Assembly: GCA_964016885.1 (NCBI GenBank)
Contig: OZ024743.1
Coordinates: 253,766,001-253,830,000, forward strand
Direction: 5' to 3'
Length of the DNA stretch: 64,000 nt
Source of the DNA: Eledone cirrhosa
Lineage: Eukaryota
Shown here: piece after piece, positions 26,643 to 40,096 of the stretch
How positions within the stretch are numbered: position 1 is the stretch's first letter
Layout of the letters: each line of letters starts with the position of its first letter
The notes under the pieces: model-generated
Database searches by the model: none
The model's input: only the letters and a program-made list of their open reading frames with translations
Told to the model about the DNA's origin: nothing
Made by a program: the position numbers and the translations under genes

Positions 26643-26846
26643 GTCAAGTTATACAAATACACATAGTTGCATTTTCTCAAATGGACATCGGACTGTGAAA
26701 TTAAGTCAAACTTGACATAAATACTGAATTACTACATTATATGTTGATTGGCTTTTAATTTTGTATGAACAAAAATGTGTATGTAAGTATGTATGTTTGT
26801 ATCTACGTATGTATGCATGTATGTATTTATATATATATATATTATG

Positions 26847-29800
26847 TCAGGTTACCAGTTGGTGCTACTGGTAACATGTATCCCAGTACAACCTGTCTCA
26901 TGGTCGGGTCGGTGGCAACTAAACTGGCAACCCCACCAAGGTTTCTTGGTGAGGAGGGTGACTTTGGACATCCTGCAGGACTAAAAACAAAACCTGTCAA
27001 ATGGCAAAGGAGCTCTTAAGAGTCAATGGCCATCCAAAATCACCGGGAGAGATGACCCCTTAGCCTTTGTGAAGGCAGAATTCTAGAAGGAAAACTCTGA
27101 TATAACATCTGCAACCCTGATGGTATCCAATGATGTTGACTTGTTATTCTTTTTGGTAAATATCATCTTGATTAAGAGAGTGGGACTGGCTTTGTGCAGT
27201 CCCACTCTCTTAAGGAGAAATCGTAGAGATGCTAGAGCGAAAGGAAATTGATGTATGCTATATGCAAGAGACTAGACGGAGAGGAGAGTCTGCTAGAGTC
27301 CTTGTAGGAAAAAGTCAGTGCTACAAATTTTTCTAGGTGGGAAATGACGATGAGATGGGTGGTGTAGGTATCCTACTACCTGACAAGTGGGTAGATAAGG
27401 CAATCTCAGTGAACAGGGTGAATGCAAGAATCATTAAACTCAGACTAGTCCTGAATAAAACAATTACCACAATAATATCAGCTTACGCACCCCAATCGGG
27501 GTTGCCAAACGAACTTAAGGAAAGGTTTTACGAGTCCCTAATGCACATTACTGCTCTAACAAACGACAATGACTTCCTAATCATTGCTGGAGATTTTAAC
27601 GGACTCGTGGGTAAACACAGTGACGGCTTCTATAGAGTCTATCGAGATCATGGGGTTGGCACAAGAGATGAAGAAAGATTCAGGCTTCTAGAATTCTGCG
27701 ACGCCAATGACATGTGGATATGTAACACAAACTTCAAAAAACCCGACAACCACCTGATCACCTATAGATCAGGGGAGCATTCTATTCAGATAGATTTTAT
27801 CCTCATCAGAGGACGTGACAGATGGACGGTCGTAAACACAAAAGCCTTCCCTAGTGAGGAATGTACCTCCCAATATAGCTTAGTTGTCAGCAACCTCACG
27901 GTCAGAACTAGACGAACCTGGAAACAGAAGCCAACCTGGAGAAGAAAGATCTGGAAGCTGAAAGACCCTTCAGCCAGTAACAGATTTAAATATATTTTAC
28001 TGAACGCCTATCACAGTAAAGAAGAACAGATACAGACATTCAATGTAGAAGAGCACTGGGAGTTCCTAAAAAATAACTTATTAAAGGCGACGGATGAGAT
28101 CTGTGGCTGGAGTAAGACCACAAGCAGGAGCAGCGTGACTTGGTAGTGAAACCATAAGGTAGATGAGACAGTAAAGGCCAAGAGACATGCATGGAAAGAA
28201 TGGAAGAACGGGGTAAGCAGGGTACATTACATAGAGACCAGGAGGCAAGCTAGGCGACACGTATACTAGCTAGGAGGGAAGCGGAGGATAGAAAATTCAA
28301 GCATGTTTTGCAACGCGAGGACCAGAAACAGGAGGTGTTCAAAATTGCGAGGCAGTGTGTCAGAGAGAATTGTGATGTCATTGGAGAGAAGTGTATCTGG
28401 AATGATAAAGGTGAGCTTGCCCTCATAAGCGCTGAGAAGAAAGGTGCGTGGAAGAGCCATTATGATAGATTACTAAAAGAGGAGAATGCATGGGAAGAAG
28501 AGACCCTATCCTAAATAGACCCTGTAGAGGGGCCAGCAGTACAAGTCAGTAGCAGCGTAGTAGGTAAGGCAATCAAAGATATGAAGACGGGGAAGGCAAC
28601 CGGTCCATCAGGTATAGCTGCCGAGATGCTGAAGGCATCTGGGTCGGTAGGTCACACCATAACCACGCGTATTGTTAACCAGGTAATACTAGGTGTCATA
28701 CCAAAGGATCGGTGAGGTAGCATCATTGTCAACTGCTACACAAGTAAAGGTGATGCACTAGATAGAGGAAACTATAGAGGTATAAAGCTGATGGACCGGG
28801 TCATGAAAGTAACAGAAAGAGTTATAGCACAGTTGATTAGGTACCGGGTGAAACTACATGAGATGCAATTTGGGTTTGTGCCAGGAGGAGGCACCACTGA
28901 TGCCCTCTTCCTTGTGAGGCAGTTACAGGAAAAGTACCTAGCTAAAAGTAAGTCACTCTACCTGGCATTCGTCGATCTTGAGAAACCCTTTGATAGAGTT
29001 CCCCATGCTATAATCTGGTCGGCTCTTAGAAAACTAGGGGTAGATGAATGGCTTGTGGAAGCTGTACAAGCCATGCGTAGGGGAGCAGTCAGCAAATTTA
29101 GGATTAGCAATGAGTATAACGAGGAATTTAGCGTACAGGTCTGTGTCCACCAGGGCTCTGTTCTTAGTCCTCTCCTCTTCATCAAAGTCCTGCAGACGAT
29201 AACGGAGGAGTTTAAGACCGGATGCCCATGGGAACTCTTGTATGCAGATGACCTCGCACTTATAGCTGAATCTATGGTAGAACTAGAGAAAAAATTCAAA
29301 ACTTGGACTGGAAAGAAAGGGTCTCAAAGTCAACGTGACAAAGACTAAGGTCCTTGTAAGTAGACGAGAAACAGAACCCAGATCCCCTCAGGGAAATGGC
29401 CTTGCTCAGTATGTAGGAAAGGTGTAGGTAGGAACTCCATTCTCTGCCCCACATGCAAACAATGGGTACACAAGTGATGTAGCGGGATCTCAGGAAGCTT
29501 AATTAAGAATGTATGCTTCACATGTAGCAGGTGTGCTGGGACAGCAAGAAGCAAACAGCCACAGGAAGCAAGTACCACCAAACTCTGGGAGGGCTCTGTA
29601 GAAACAGTAGACATCTTCTGCTACCTAGGTGACTGAATTAGCAGTGGAGGTGGGTTTTCGGAAAGTACAATAACTAGGATAAGAATGGGATGGAAGAAGT
29701 TCAGGGAGCTACTGCCACTGCTAGTAGCAAAAGGCTTTTCCCTCAAAATGAAAGACAGACTGTATGATGCGTGTATACGAACAGCAATGTTACATGTTAG

Positions 29801-30503
29801 TGAAACCTGGGCGCTAACTGTGGAAGACTTGCGTAGATTAGACTTGCGTAGATTAGCCTGCATGCTCTGGTGGATGTGTAATAGTAATATACTCGAACAG
29901 CAAAGCATAAATGAATTTAGAGAGAGACTGAGCATAAGAGGAATCAAATGCTGTGTGCAGGAGAGGTTGTCGTGTTGGTATGGACATGTGATGCGTATGA
30001 AGGATGATAGCTGCATAAAAAGGTACAGATCGCTAGAAGTCAATGGAAACCGCGGAGTGGGGAGACCCAAGATGACCTGGGATTAGGTGATAAAAGCCGA
30101 CCTTACCCAATTACACCTCTCAAAGGCGATGACAGACGACCGTGACCTCTGACGTCACGCAGTAATACAGATGACCCCCCCCCCGGGTACAAGCCGAAGC
30201 TGAAGCATATAGACAATACGCCCCCACACCCTCCCACTGCAAAGTGGTCATGGAGGTGCCACGGCAAAAAAGCACCCAGCCCACACTGTAAAGTGGACGT
30301 GTAGGCGCCAGAGAAAAAAAGCACCCAGCACTCACTGTAAATGAGGTTGGTGTTAGGAAGGGCATCCAGCTGTAGAAATCAAGCCAGACTCAGTGCCTGT
30401 ATGAGCAAGACAAGGTCAGCCGACCGGACACTGCCCACAACAGCACAACTCATCTAACCCATGCTAGCATGGAAGAAGGGATGTAAAACGGTGATGATGA
30501 TGA
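26847..30503 (+). mobile_element. RTE-clade LINE, full length but decayed (APE endonuclease + RT + zinc finger), with (GAT)n tail
   Basis: GGVGILL, SAYAPQ, AGDFNG, QIDFIL (APE); QFGF, FVDLEK.FDRVP, HQGSVLSPLLF, LYADDLAL (RT); WYGHVMR..GRPKMTW. Confidence 0.95.
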
Positions 30504-32240
30504 TATATATATAATTTCATGTAAGCAACTAAGGATATCAGACAAGATGCATCTGTGGTTAGTTAAGATGTTATCTTGGATATCAAGGAGAAGGTTGATT
30601 GGGGTATGACAAGAGAACACTAAATTGATAACAATATAGTAATTGTATATTAACTGTGAATACATTGGATGAAGAAGGTGATGGAGAGTGAGGGCGAGAG
30701 AGAGAGAGAGAGAGATGTGGAGAAAGAGAGAGAAATATCACAGCTTGTCACAGTGTGAAGTGTCTTCTATCATAATTGCTAGTTTACACTTGAGATCTTA
30801 TTTAAATATGATATTGTTAGTTCAAGTTAAGCCGACATACTGTTACATCTCCCAGCTTGCACTACCCTAATTAGACATATTATATTGAAGCTGTTAAATT
30901 ATTCCAACACAATGAGTCTTTCCAGAAATCTTTAAATGGTTTAACACGCATTTTTGTTATCTCTTTTCCACATCTTTTATTTTATTTAATATTTATATAT
31001 TTTTGTTTCATTTATATATACATACTTCAAATTTTATTTTGGACATTTCTTTAAAAAATTGTAAACCATTTAAATATCTTCCACTTCATCTTCTACTTCT
31101 TTTTCTACTTCTTTTTCTTCTTCTTCATCAGTGTTCCTTTTCTCTCCATGCTCTCTCTCCTTTTTCTCCTTATTATAGTTAGGTAGTGGATAAGCAGAAT
31201 CATTAGATGTTGGATAACCTGACATATGTTACAGCTCTTTGTGTTCCGAATTCAAATCGCGCTGATGTTAACTTTGCTTTTCATCCTTTCAGATGTTGAT
31301 AAAATAAAATACCAGTCACGTACTTGAAGCTTATATAATCTACTAAACCTATCTCTAAATTGCTGACTTTATGCATAAAGTAAAACACATTGACTAGATT
31401 GGAAGATAATAACTCATACAAACTCATGTACACACACCCACACATACATATATATGTATATGTGCGTGTGCGTGTCTGTTTGTGTGTGTGTGTTTCTGTG
31501 TGTGTGTATTTATATATGTGTGTGTGTATGCATGATTTGTGAAGTCATGTAGATAAGAGGTTGTGAATTCAATTCCCAGACCAGGCAGTGAATTGGGTTC
31601 TTGAGCAAGACACTATATTTCATGTAGTTCCAGGTTTCTCAAATGGAATAGGTGAGTTGTAATGACATCGATACCAAGTAGTATTAGTGTTTATCTTTGC
31701 GTTTCCCTTGGACAACATTGATGGCATGGAGAGTGGCGACTGGTATATAAGAGCAACTGCTGGTCTTCCAGAAAAGACACTTTGCCTTTATTGTGCTTTG
31801 GGTGGTACTTTCTAAGTAGATACCCATGTTCATTCATGATTGATTGAAGAGTGCCGATATGAATGTATGAAATTGAAACAAATATATTAATTTTAGATAT
31901 CATTACATATTTTCAAACGTTTGATCAAATTGACAATACATCATCCTATAATTCCACCAATAAATTTTATTTCTCCTGATAGTTCCTGCTTTTAATTATT
32001 TCTCTCATTTTTTGTTCATCTTCCCTCAAAACCCTTATATTATTTTTTTTTTTTACCCCATGAGTATTAGAGGAATTGTTTTGAAATATTTCTACTGTGC
32101 AAAAAAAAAGTAATGTATGGAAAAAATTAAATTCATATAAAGAAAAAGAATTACAATAGTAAAAAATATAACTTTGTTCTCTAACATAATCCCATGAGAA
32201 AACAGACAATATGGCTATGTATATTAGATAATTATGTGTG

Positions 32241-32286
<46 letters not shown>

Positions 32287-32577
32287 CATATTCATATATA
32301 AGTGTGTGCATTTATGGAAATGGACTTAAAATGATGTCAATACTAATACATGCGTGGGTGTATGTGTGTGTGTGTATATATATATATTCATACATATACA
32401 CATTTATATGTTCGTGTATATAAATATATCATTTATAAATATACATGATCTTATACATATATATACATGGTGGTGGGCTGTACGTTTTGAATGTGACATT
32501 TCCAACAATCTATTACATGATACTGAAGATTGCATTGAAAATAAATATTTGAAATAAAGAGCAACAACAATATATAT

Positions 32578-32652
<75 letters not shown>

Positions 32653-32792
32653 GAATAAATGAACAAGTAAATATAAAAATACAAAGTATAAAATCCAACA
32701 AATACATGAAAAGAACAGAAAAAAATACCGGAAATGTGTCTACATGTATATATATTCATATATATACACACACACACACCCACACCCACACC

Positions 32793-32840
<48 letters not shown>

Positions 32841-33103
32841 TGTGTGTGTGTTGTTATTTTGTTTATTCATAATATTATAATAATGCTATTCAAATATCAG
32901 AAATGTTTATCTGTAACGCATGACTGTGTATGTGTATGTGAGTGTAAATGTATGTTTCTATATATATGCATGCATATATATGAGTAGGTATAGCTACAAA
33001 TATTTACATGTTTTCAAAATATATAGTATTAATTGCATGCATGAATGAATAAATGCTTATAATTCTCTCTTTCTTACTCTCTCTCTCTCTCTCTCTCTCT
33101 CTG

Positions 33104-33165
<62 letters not shown>

Positions 33166-33224
33166 TCTATCTCCCCCCCCTCTCTATCTGTCTCTCTCTC
33201 TCTTTATATATATATATATATCAA

Positions 33225-34640
33225 CGCTAGCATGGTTTAGATGAATTGTCCTGTTGTGAGAAATGCCAGGTCAGGTGAGCATGGTTTGCTCATAAAGAAC
33301 TGCTTTTGGCTTGGTTTCTGTAGCTGGATGTCCTTCCTAATGCCAACTACTGCAAAATGTTCGTGGAGGTGTCACGGCAAATAGCACCCAGCCCACACTT
33401 AAAGTGGTCATGTAGGCACCATGGAAATAAAGCACCCAGCACTCACTGTAAATGAGATTGGTGTTAGGAAGGGCATCCAGCTGTAAGAAATCAAACCAAA
33501 ATCAGTTCCCGTATGAGCAAGACAATGTCACCTGACCTAGTTCTGCCCACAACAGGACAACCCGTCTAGCGTGAAAGAACGGATGTAAAACGCTGAGGAT
33601 GGTGATGATGATATATATATATACATATTTCCATGCATCATCGTCATCATCACTACTGTTTAACGTCGAATTTTCAACGTTAGCATGGGTTAGATGAGTT
33701 GTCCTGTTGCGAGAAATCTCAGGTCAGGTGACCATGTTTTGCTCATAAAGAACTGCTTTTGGCTTGGTTTCTGTAGCTGGATGCCCTTCCTAATGCCAAC
33801 TAAATTTACTGTGTGTGCTGGGTGCTTTTTCTCAAGACACCTACATGAGTACTGTGCAGTATGGTCTGGATGCTTTTTTGTCAAAACACCTAACCAACCG
33901 CTTTACAGTGTGGGCTGGGGATTTTGGTGATAGAGGTGTATGAGAATTAGAGTGTGTGTGTGTGCAGGGGGGGGGGGGGGGTTAACGTGTGGCAGATGAA
34001 TGGAAGGAGGTGTAGGTGAAGGGGTGCACATTAAATGTATGCTCATAGGAAGTGTATGGAAGGAGGGGTCGTGCAGGTGAAGGTGCTGTATACTTTACGT
34101 GTGCTTTAGCCACTACTAATCATGAGGCAGGTCTTCTGTATTAATCCATAGCATCAGATATCTCAATCTTGTGTCATCACCTTTGACAGGTGCAATTGTG
34201 CAAGATCAGCTTTTATCAACTCCTCCCAAGTCTTCCCACTCCATAACTTCCATTAACTTTGAGCACTCTGCACCTCTTTATACAACTGTCATCTTTCATA
34301 TACATCACGTGTCTATACCAATGCAGTCTCCTTTCCTGCACACTGCATCTGATTCCTCTTATGCCTAGTTTCCCTTTCAGTTTGTTTATCCTTTGCTGTT
34401 CACGTATATTACTATTACACATCCATCAGAGCATGCACGCTTCATTGCTTTCCAATCGTTGCAAGTCTTCTGCACACAGTGCCCATGTCTCATTACCATG
34501 CAACATTGCTATTCGTATGTATTCATCATACAATATACCTTTCATTTTGAAGGAAAAGCCTTTTGTAGTTAGCAGTGATAGTAGCTCCCTGAACTGCTTC
34601 ACCCTCCATCCTCATCCAAGCTAGTCTCCTTTCAGAACTC
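33225..34640 (-). mobile_element. RTE 3' end and 3'UTR-derived repeats (mixed orientation 33225-33610; minus strand 33635-34640)
   Basis: TTAGGAAGGGCATCCAGC motif and (GAT)n tails; RT C-terminal peptide RRLHWYRHV. Confidence 0.8.
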
Positions 34641-34657
34641 TCTGTATATATATATAT

Positions 34658-35264
34658 ATCAATGATATTAATAAATGGAAACTATATTTATAAAACCATA
34701 ATTATTCTATTATATATATTTCAAGAGTTCCAAATCTTTGGTACGCTCTCATCAGATAAAATACAAAATTTGTTTTATAAATAGTGACATACCCAGGAAT
34801 CAGATCTTGACAGTTCAGGTTCCGTTTGGATAGTTTTGTTTTAGTTTTTTTCAATAACAACTTTTATTGTGTTGTATCAGATGAAAGAATGGTATTTAAC
34901 TAATGTACAGCCTCGGCGCGACAGAAAAATATGGAACGCTTCACGAATTTGCGTGTCATCCTTGCACAGGGGCTATGCTAATCTTCTCTCTATCATTCCA
35001 ATTTTAGTATATGTACTGCCGAAGCAGTTAATGTCTGATTCCTGGGTATGTCACTATTTATAAAAAAGATTTTGTATTTCATCTTATGAGAGCGTACCGA
35101 AGTTTTGGTACCCTTGAAATATATATAATAGAATAAATATGGTTTTATAAAAATAGTTTCCATTTATTAATATCATTGATGTTATACTCCAGAAATCTGT
35201 TGAATGCTTCGAATCTGTTATAAATATATTTGTGGAATTACCAACAAATTAAATATCTCTTTGC
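34658..35264. mobile_element. PLE-type inverted-repeat cassette with two hammerheads (34707-34759 -, 35080-35131 +) enclosing a U6 copy
   Basis: Arms 34658-34804 and 35034-35180; (TA)n flanks; related U6-less copy at 63675-63845. Confidence 0.85.
34925..35027 (-). pseudogene. U6: U6 snRNA copy, near full length, probably a pseudogene
   Basis: Reverse complement reads TGCTTCGGCAGTACATATACTAAAATTGGAATGATAGAGAGAAGATTAGCATAGCCCCTGTGCAAGGATGACACGCAAATTCGTGAAGCGTTCCATATTTTT; the ACAGAGA box is mutated to AGAGAGA. Confidence 0.95.
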
Positions 35265-35296
35265 TTATATATATATATATACAGAGAGAGAGAGAG

Positions 35297-35855
35297 AGAA
35301 ATTCCAAACCTGGCAGCATGGCCTAGAATGAAAGAGTCTTAAATTCAACCTAACAAAGACTAATGTTCTAAGTAGAAGGGAAAACAGAGACCTGATCCCC
35401 TCTGGGAAATTGCCTTGTTCAGTATGTAGGAAAGGCATAGGTAAAAATTCCATCCTCTGTCTCAAATGCAAACTATGGGTACAAAAAAATGTAATGAGAT
35501 CGTAGGTAACGTAACTAAAAACGTAGGCTTTACACGTAGATGTTACACTGGGGCAGTGAGCAGCAAACTGTCATAGGAAACAAACACTATCAAATCTGGA
35601 AGGTTTCAGTAGAAGCAATAGACAGCTTCTGATACCTGGGTGACCAAATTAACAGCAGGGTAGGTGTTCTGAAAGGACACTAGCCTGGGTGAGAATGGGG
35701 GATGAAGCAGTAGAGGGAGCTACTATCACTGCTAACTACAAAAGGCTTTTACTTCAAAATGAAAGGTAGATTGTATGATGAATGCATACTAACAGCAATG
35801 TTGCATAGTGCAAGACATGGGCACTGTGTGCAGAAGACTTGCAAAGATTGGAAAT
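35297..35855 (+). mobile_element. RTE LINE internal fragment
   Basis: Homologous to ~29290-29840 (GK.PCSVCRKG.G.NSILC). Confidence 0.85.
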
Positions 35856-37103
35856 AAATAAATATATATGTTGTGCATCTAAGCTATCAAGCATATTTAA
35901 GCTCAATAAATATATATATGTTATTACCCTATGTTAGTAATTGGTATAATTGTTTTTATTCAATGCTGTCGTATACTTTTCACACATGTATGCTTCAGCC
36001 TGTGCTTATGACAAAAAAAAGGGTTAAAATAATTTTTGATAATGTATAATTTTTAGTGCAAATTAATAATGTTTCCCAGACTAACTAATTAATAATGTGC
36101 TATAGTAACCATGTTTCTGAAGAATACATTGAGGAAATTAATTTCATACTTTGAAATTAATTTCATACTTATTTCATAGTTATTTTCATTGTAGATTAAT
36201 TTTAATCTGTTAACTTATTTATTAACGCTCAGGTTTGCTAATCCTAATTGATTAGACTCTGTTTTGCTATTACGTTCATCATAATGTACAGTAATTAACA
36301 TGAAGTGGTTATATAAACACTTATAATTATTTAAAGTTTGCAAATATAAAACCACTAGAGTAGTAGATGGAATAATTCAATTTAGAGTACATTAATCAAC
36401 AAAAGCAGATCCACTCCATTCTCTATTATATATATTGTCATGAAATATCTAATCAATCTGATCTCAATAGTTAACTCCCAAACTTTCTATTTTTATAGAT
36501 AAAAAAGTACAAAAAGGAATTTTGTATAATAGATACTTAGATAATTTCAGTTCATTTAATTGTTTTTAAACTCAATGATATGATAAAATGCACACAGAAC
36601 ATCATGTATAATGGTTAGTGCTAGTAAGATTATACACATACAGAGAAACCAAGTCCAAATTTCCACATTCTAAGAATATTTATCTTGCAGATATTTTAGT
36701 AACTGTTTGCATTCTGTCCTATATGGAGAGAGATTAATATTTTATCCATATACATATCATCATCGTCACCGTTTTATGTCCATTTTTCGACACTAGGTAG
36801 ATATAGGTATAGGATAGGATAAAGATTCCATAACTCCTTGTGGAGTCATAGAGACACCATCATACAGTGGGACTAGGGCACTTTTAAACATAGCAGAGCC
36901 CTCACCATGTCTGATCATTGCCGATTTTTTCTATAGATGAAGAATCTACCACAGTCCTTGACTGGTATATTTTTTATCGACCTCAAAAGGATGAAAGGCA
37001 AAGTTGACCGCAGCAGGATTTTAACTCAGAACACACAATGAGGAGGGATCAATACCGTAAATCACTCTATCCGACATCTTAACAATATATTTATATATAT
37101 ATA

Positions 37104-38349
37104 CAGGGGTTGGACAAAATAATGGAAACACCTAGCATCATAGCATCATCATTTTGAAATATCTATAAAACCATCAAAAGCTTGTTTATTTTTATGTTTG
37201 TTTTTTTTTTAATATTAGTGCTGCTTAATATGTTTTGTTAAAATTGCTGTTTTTTTTCAGATATCAGAAAAAGGTAATACAATTTGTTAAAATGACAGAT
37301 CTATCAGACTTTCAAAGAGGTCAAATTGTTGGTGCTCGTATGGCAGGTGCTAGCGTAACGTAAACAGCCAAAATGTTTGGTTTATCAAGAAGTACTGTCT
37401 CGAAAGTAATGACAGCCTTTGAGAAAGAGGGAAAAATCTCCTCGTCGAAACAAAACTCCGGAAGAAAACCAAAACTTTCAGATAGGGACCGTCGGACTCT
37501 TAAGCGAATTGTTAGAAAGGATCACAAAAGTACAGCTCCCAAAATTATTGCAGAGCTTAATGACCACCTCGAGAACCCAGTTTCCACAAAAACTGTTCGC
37601 CGAGAGGGCTGCAATCAGAAAACCACTATTTTCAAAAACAAACGTTGCAAAGCGTTTAGAGTGGAGTAAAACCTACAGAATTGGTCCCTAGAGCAGTGGA
37701 AAAGTTTTATTTTCTCGGATGAGTCATCCTTTACCTTATTTCCGACCACCGGCCGAGTATACTTGTGGAGACAGCCAAAAGAAGCATTTGACCCAGACTG
37801 CCTTCTTCCAAATATTAAACATGGAGGAGGATCTGTGATGAACTGGGGGGTGGGGGGGGCTATATCTTGGAAATCCGCCGGCCCAATGGTTTCCCTTCAG
37901 AATTAATAGTCATGACTAAGCATTTCATCTTATCAAATTCATCCTATGGTTGCGGAACTATTTCCGGCGGGAAACGCAATCTTTCAAGATGATAATGCAC
38001 TGATTCACAGAGCTAAAGTTGTTACTGAATGGCACGAGGAACATTCTAGTGAAGTTGAACATCTTATCTGGCCACCTCAGTCACCAGAGCTCAATATTAT
38101 TGAACATTTATGGTACATTTTAGAAAAACAAGTAACGAGTCAATATCCTCCACCATCATCACTACAAGAACTAAAGACTGTTTTAGTAGAAGAATGGACA
38201 AAAATTCATTTGGAAATAATTCAAACTTTGTACGAGTTATTACCTCGTAGAATTCAAGCTGTAATTACTGCCAATGGCGGTCCTTCCCCATAATAATATA
38301 AATTTGTTTGAAATGTTAAGGTGTTTCCATTATTTTGTCCAACCCCCTG
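37104..38349 (+). mobile_element. Tc1/mariner DNA transposon with decayed transposase (37292-38293)
   Basis: TIRs CAGGGGTTGGACAAAATAATGGAAACACCT / AGGTGTTTCCATTATTTTGTCCAACCCCCTG; TA flanks; FSDES, FQDDNA..H, WPPQSPELNIIEHLW. Confidence 0.97.
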
Positions 38350-38467
38350 TATATATATATATAAACATATATATTGTTAAGATGTCGGATAGAGTGATTT
38401 ACGGTATTCATCCCTCTTCATTATGTGCACTGAGTTCAAATCCTGCTGCGGTATATTGTATGATGAA

Positions 38468-38527
<60 letters not shown>

Positions 38528-38556
38528 AACATTTCGTTCTACATGGCTGAATACAG

Positions 38557-38809
38557 TAAATGTAATCTGAGTTTTTCGAAAATTAATTATAACATTCGAT
38601 TCATTTGCAATTATGCAAACAGGCCTCAATTTAATAGCCATATCAGTAGAATGAACAGTAGAATGTCTGCAGTTCTGTTCACATGCCAACATAAGAGCAA
38701 GAATGAAGTGTTCATTATACTGACATGGCTATAAAATTGAGGCTTGTTTGCATAATTGCAAACGAATCGAATGTTATTATTAATATTCAAAAAACTCAGA
38801 TTACATTTA
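38557..38809. repeat. Imperfect inverted repeat (~100-bp arms) in (TA)n
   Basis: 38557-38657 versus 38709-38809. Confidence 0.85.
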
Positions 38810-38838
38810 TTATATATATATATATATGTATATATATA

Positions 38839-38903
<65 letters not shown>

Positions 38904-38967
38904 ACACATACATATATACATGTATAATGAAGTAATCAGGATATAATTTACTTTACTTAATCATAAA

Positions 38968-39105
38968 CGCTGTTATATTTATTTCGATGATAATTGTTAT
39001 GCAACAGTTATGACTTCACCAGATAGCTAGAAGGATGAAGACACAGCTTTCTGATGAGGTCGTAATTGATGCATAACAGTTATCATCGAAAAATATATAC
39101 TAGCT
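38968..39105. ncRNA. Back-to-back inverted pair of degenerate hammerheads
   Basis: CTGATGA 39051, GAAA 39088 (+); CTGGTGA...GAAA (-) at 38968-39028. Confidence 0.6.
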
Positions 39106-39274
39106 CTTATAAACAATTGAAGTAAGTTCTAACCTGTTGACATGTACTTCATTATTATAATTATATTCCAGAGTAAAGAGATCTACTTGTATACTACTTT
39201 GAGTTTCCCTATCCTGCATACATGAGGGTTGGTGATTAACTAACACATAATTTACCATGTATACATATATATAT

Positions 39275-39352
<78 letters not shown>

Positions 39353-39353
39353 G

Positions 39354-39401
<48 letters not shown>

Positions 39402-39833
39402 GTAGAGAGGGAGAGTGTGTGTAGTACAGTTAATTACTGGTGTTGATATCAAATGAAGTACTCCATATACAGGCAGAGTGTCGATAATAGAAAAAAATAG
39501 GAGGAAGTTTCGTTTACATACAAAAAAATATTTATTGTGTAATGACCAGTTACGCGCATTTCAGAGAGGATTGGATCAAGGTGACTCATAGGAGTCATGG
39601 ACCTGACTGCAGTATTGAACTGCACATCAGACAGGTGATGTGTTAAAAATAAATTCCAAAATGCGCCCACACACAAACCTACACACACACACACATCTTT
39701 AAATGCTCACGGGCACATGCAAACACAGACACGAATACCTGTGAATACACACCCAGATAGCTGCCCCATCATAACAGGATGATACAACACAGGTATTTTT
39801 TTTATATGTAACCGAAAATTCCTCCTTTTTTTC

Positions 39834-39884
<51 letters not shown>

Positions 39885-39930
39885 AATTCCAACCCGCCTG
39901 TCTCCTCAATCTATCTTATTTCTCATTCTT

Positions 39931-39966
39931 TCTTCTGATGAAGGATTAGCGTCCGAAACGTTAAGA
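39931..39966 (+). ncRNA. Canonical minimal hammerhead in a short solo pLTR-like fragment
   Basis: TCTT-CTGATGA-A-GGA/TCC-GAAA-CG-TT-AAGA. Confidence 0.8.
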
Positions 39967-40049
39967 CCCTCTTCCTGCTATATCAAGCGTTAACCTATTA
40001 TATCCCTTCCATATAATGTACTGGTTGTGTTGTTATTTCCGTTTACCTT

Positions 40050-40081
<32 letters not shown>

Positions 40082-40096
40082 CATTTATATTTATAT

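Noticed and set aside
34925-35027. Functional U6 gene
   Set aside because: ACAGAGA box and other positions mutated; the upstream region is a mobile repeat rather than a PSE/TATA promoter
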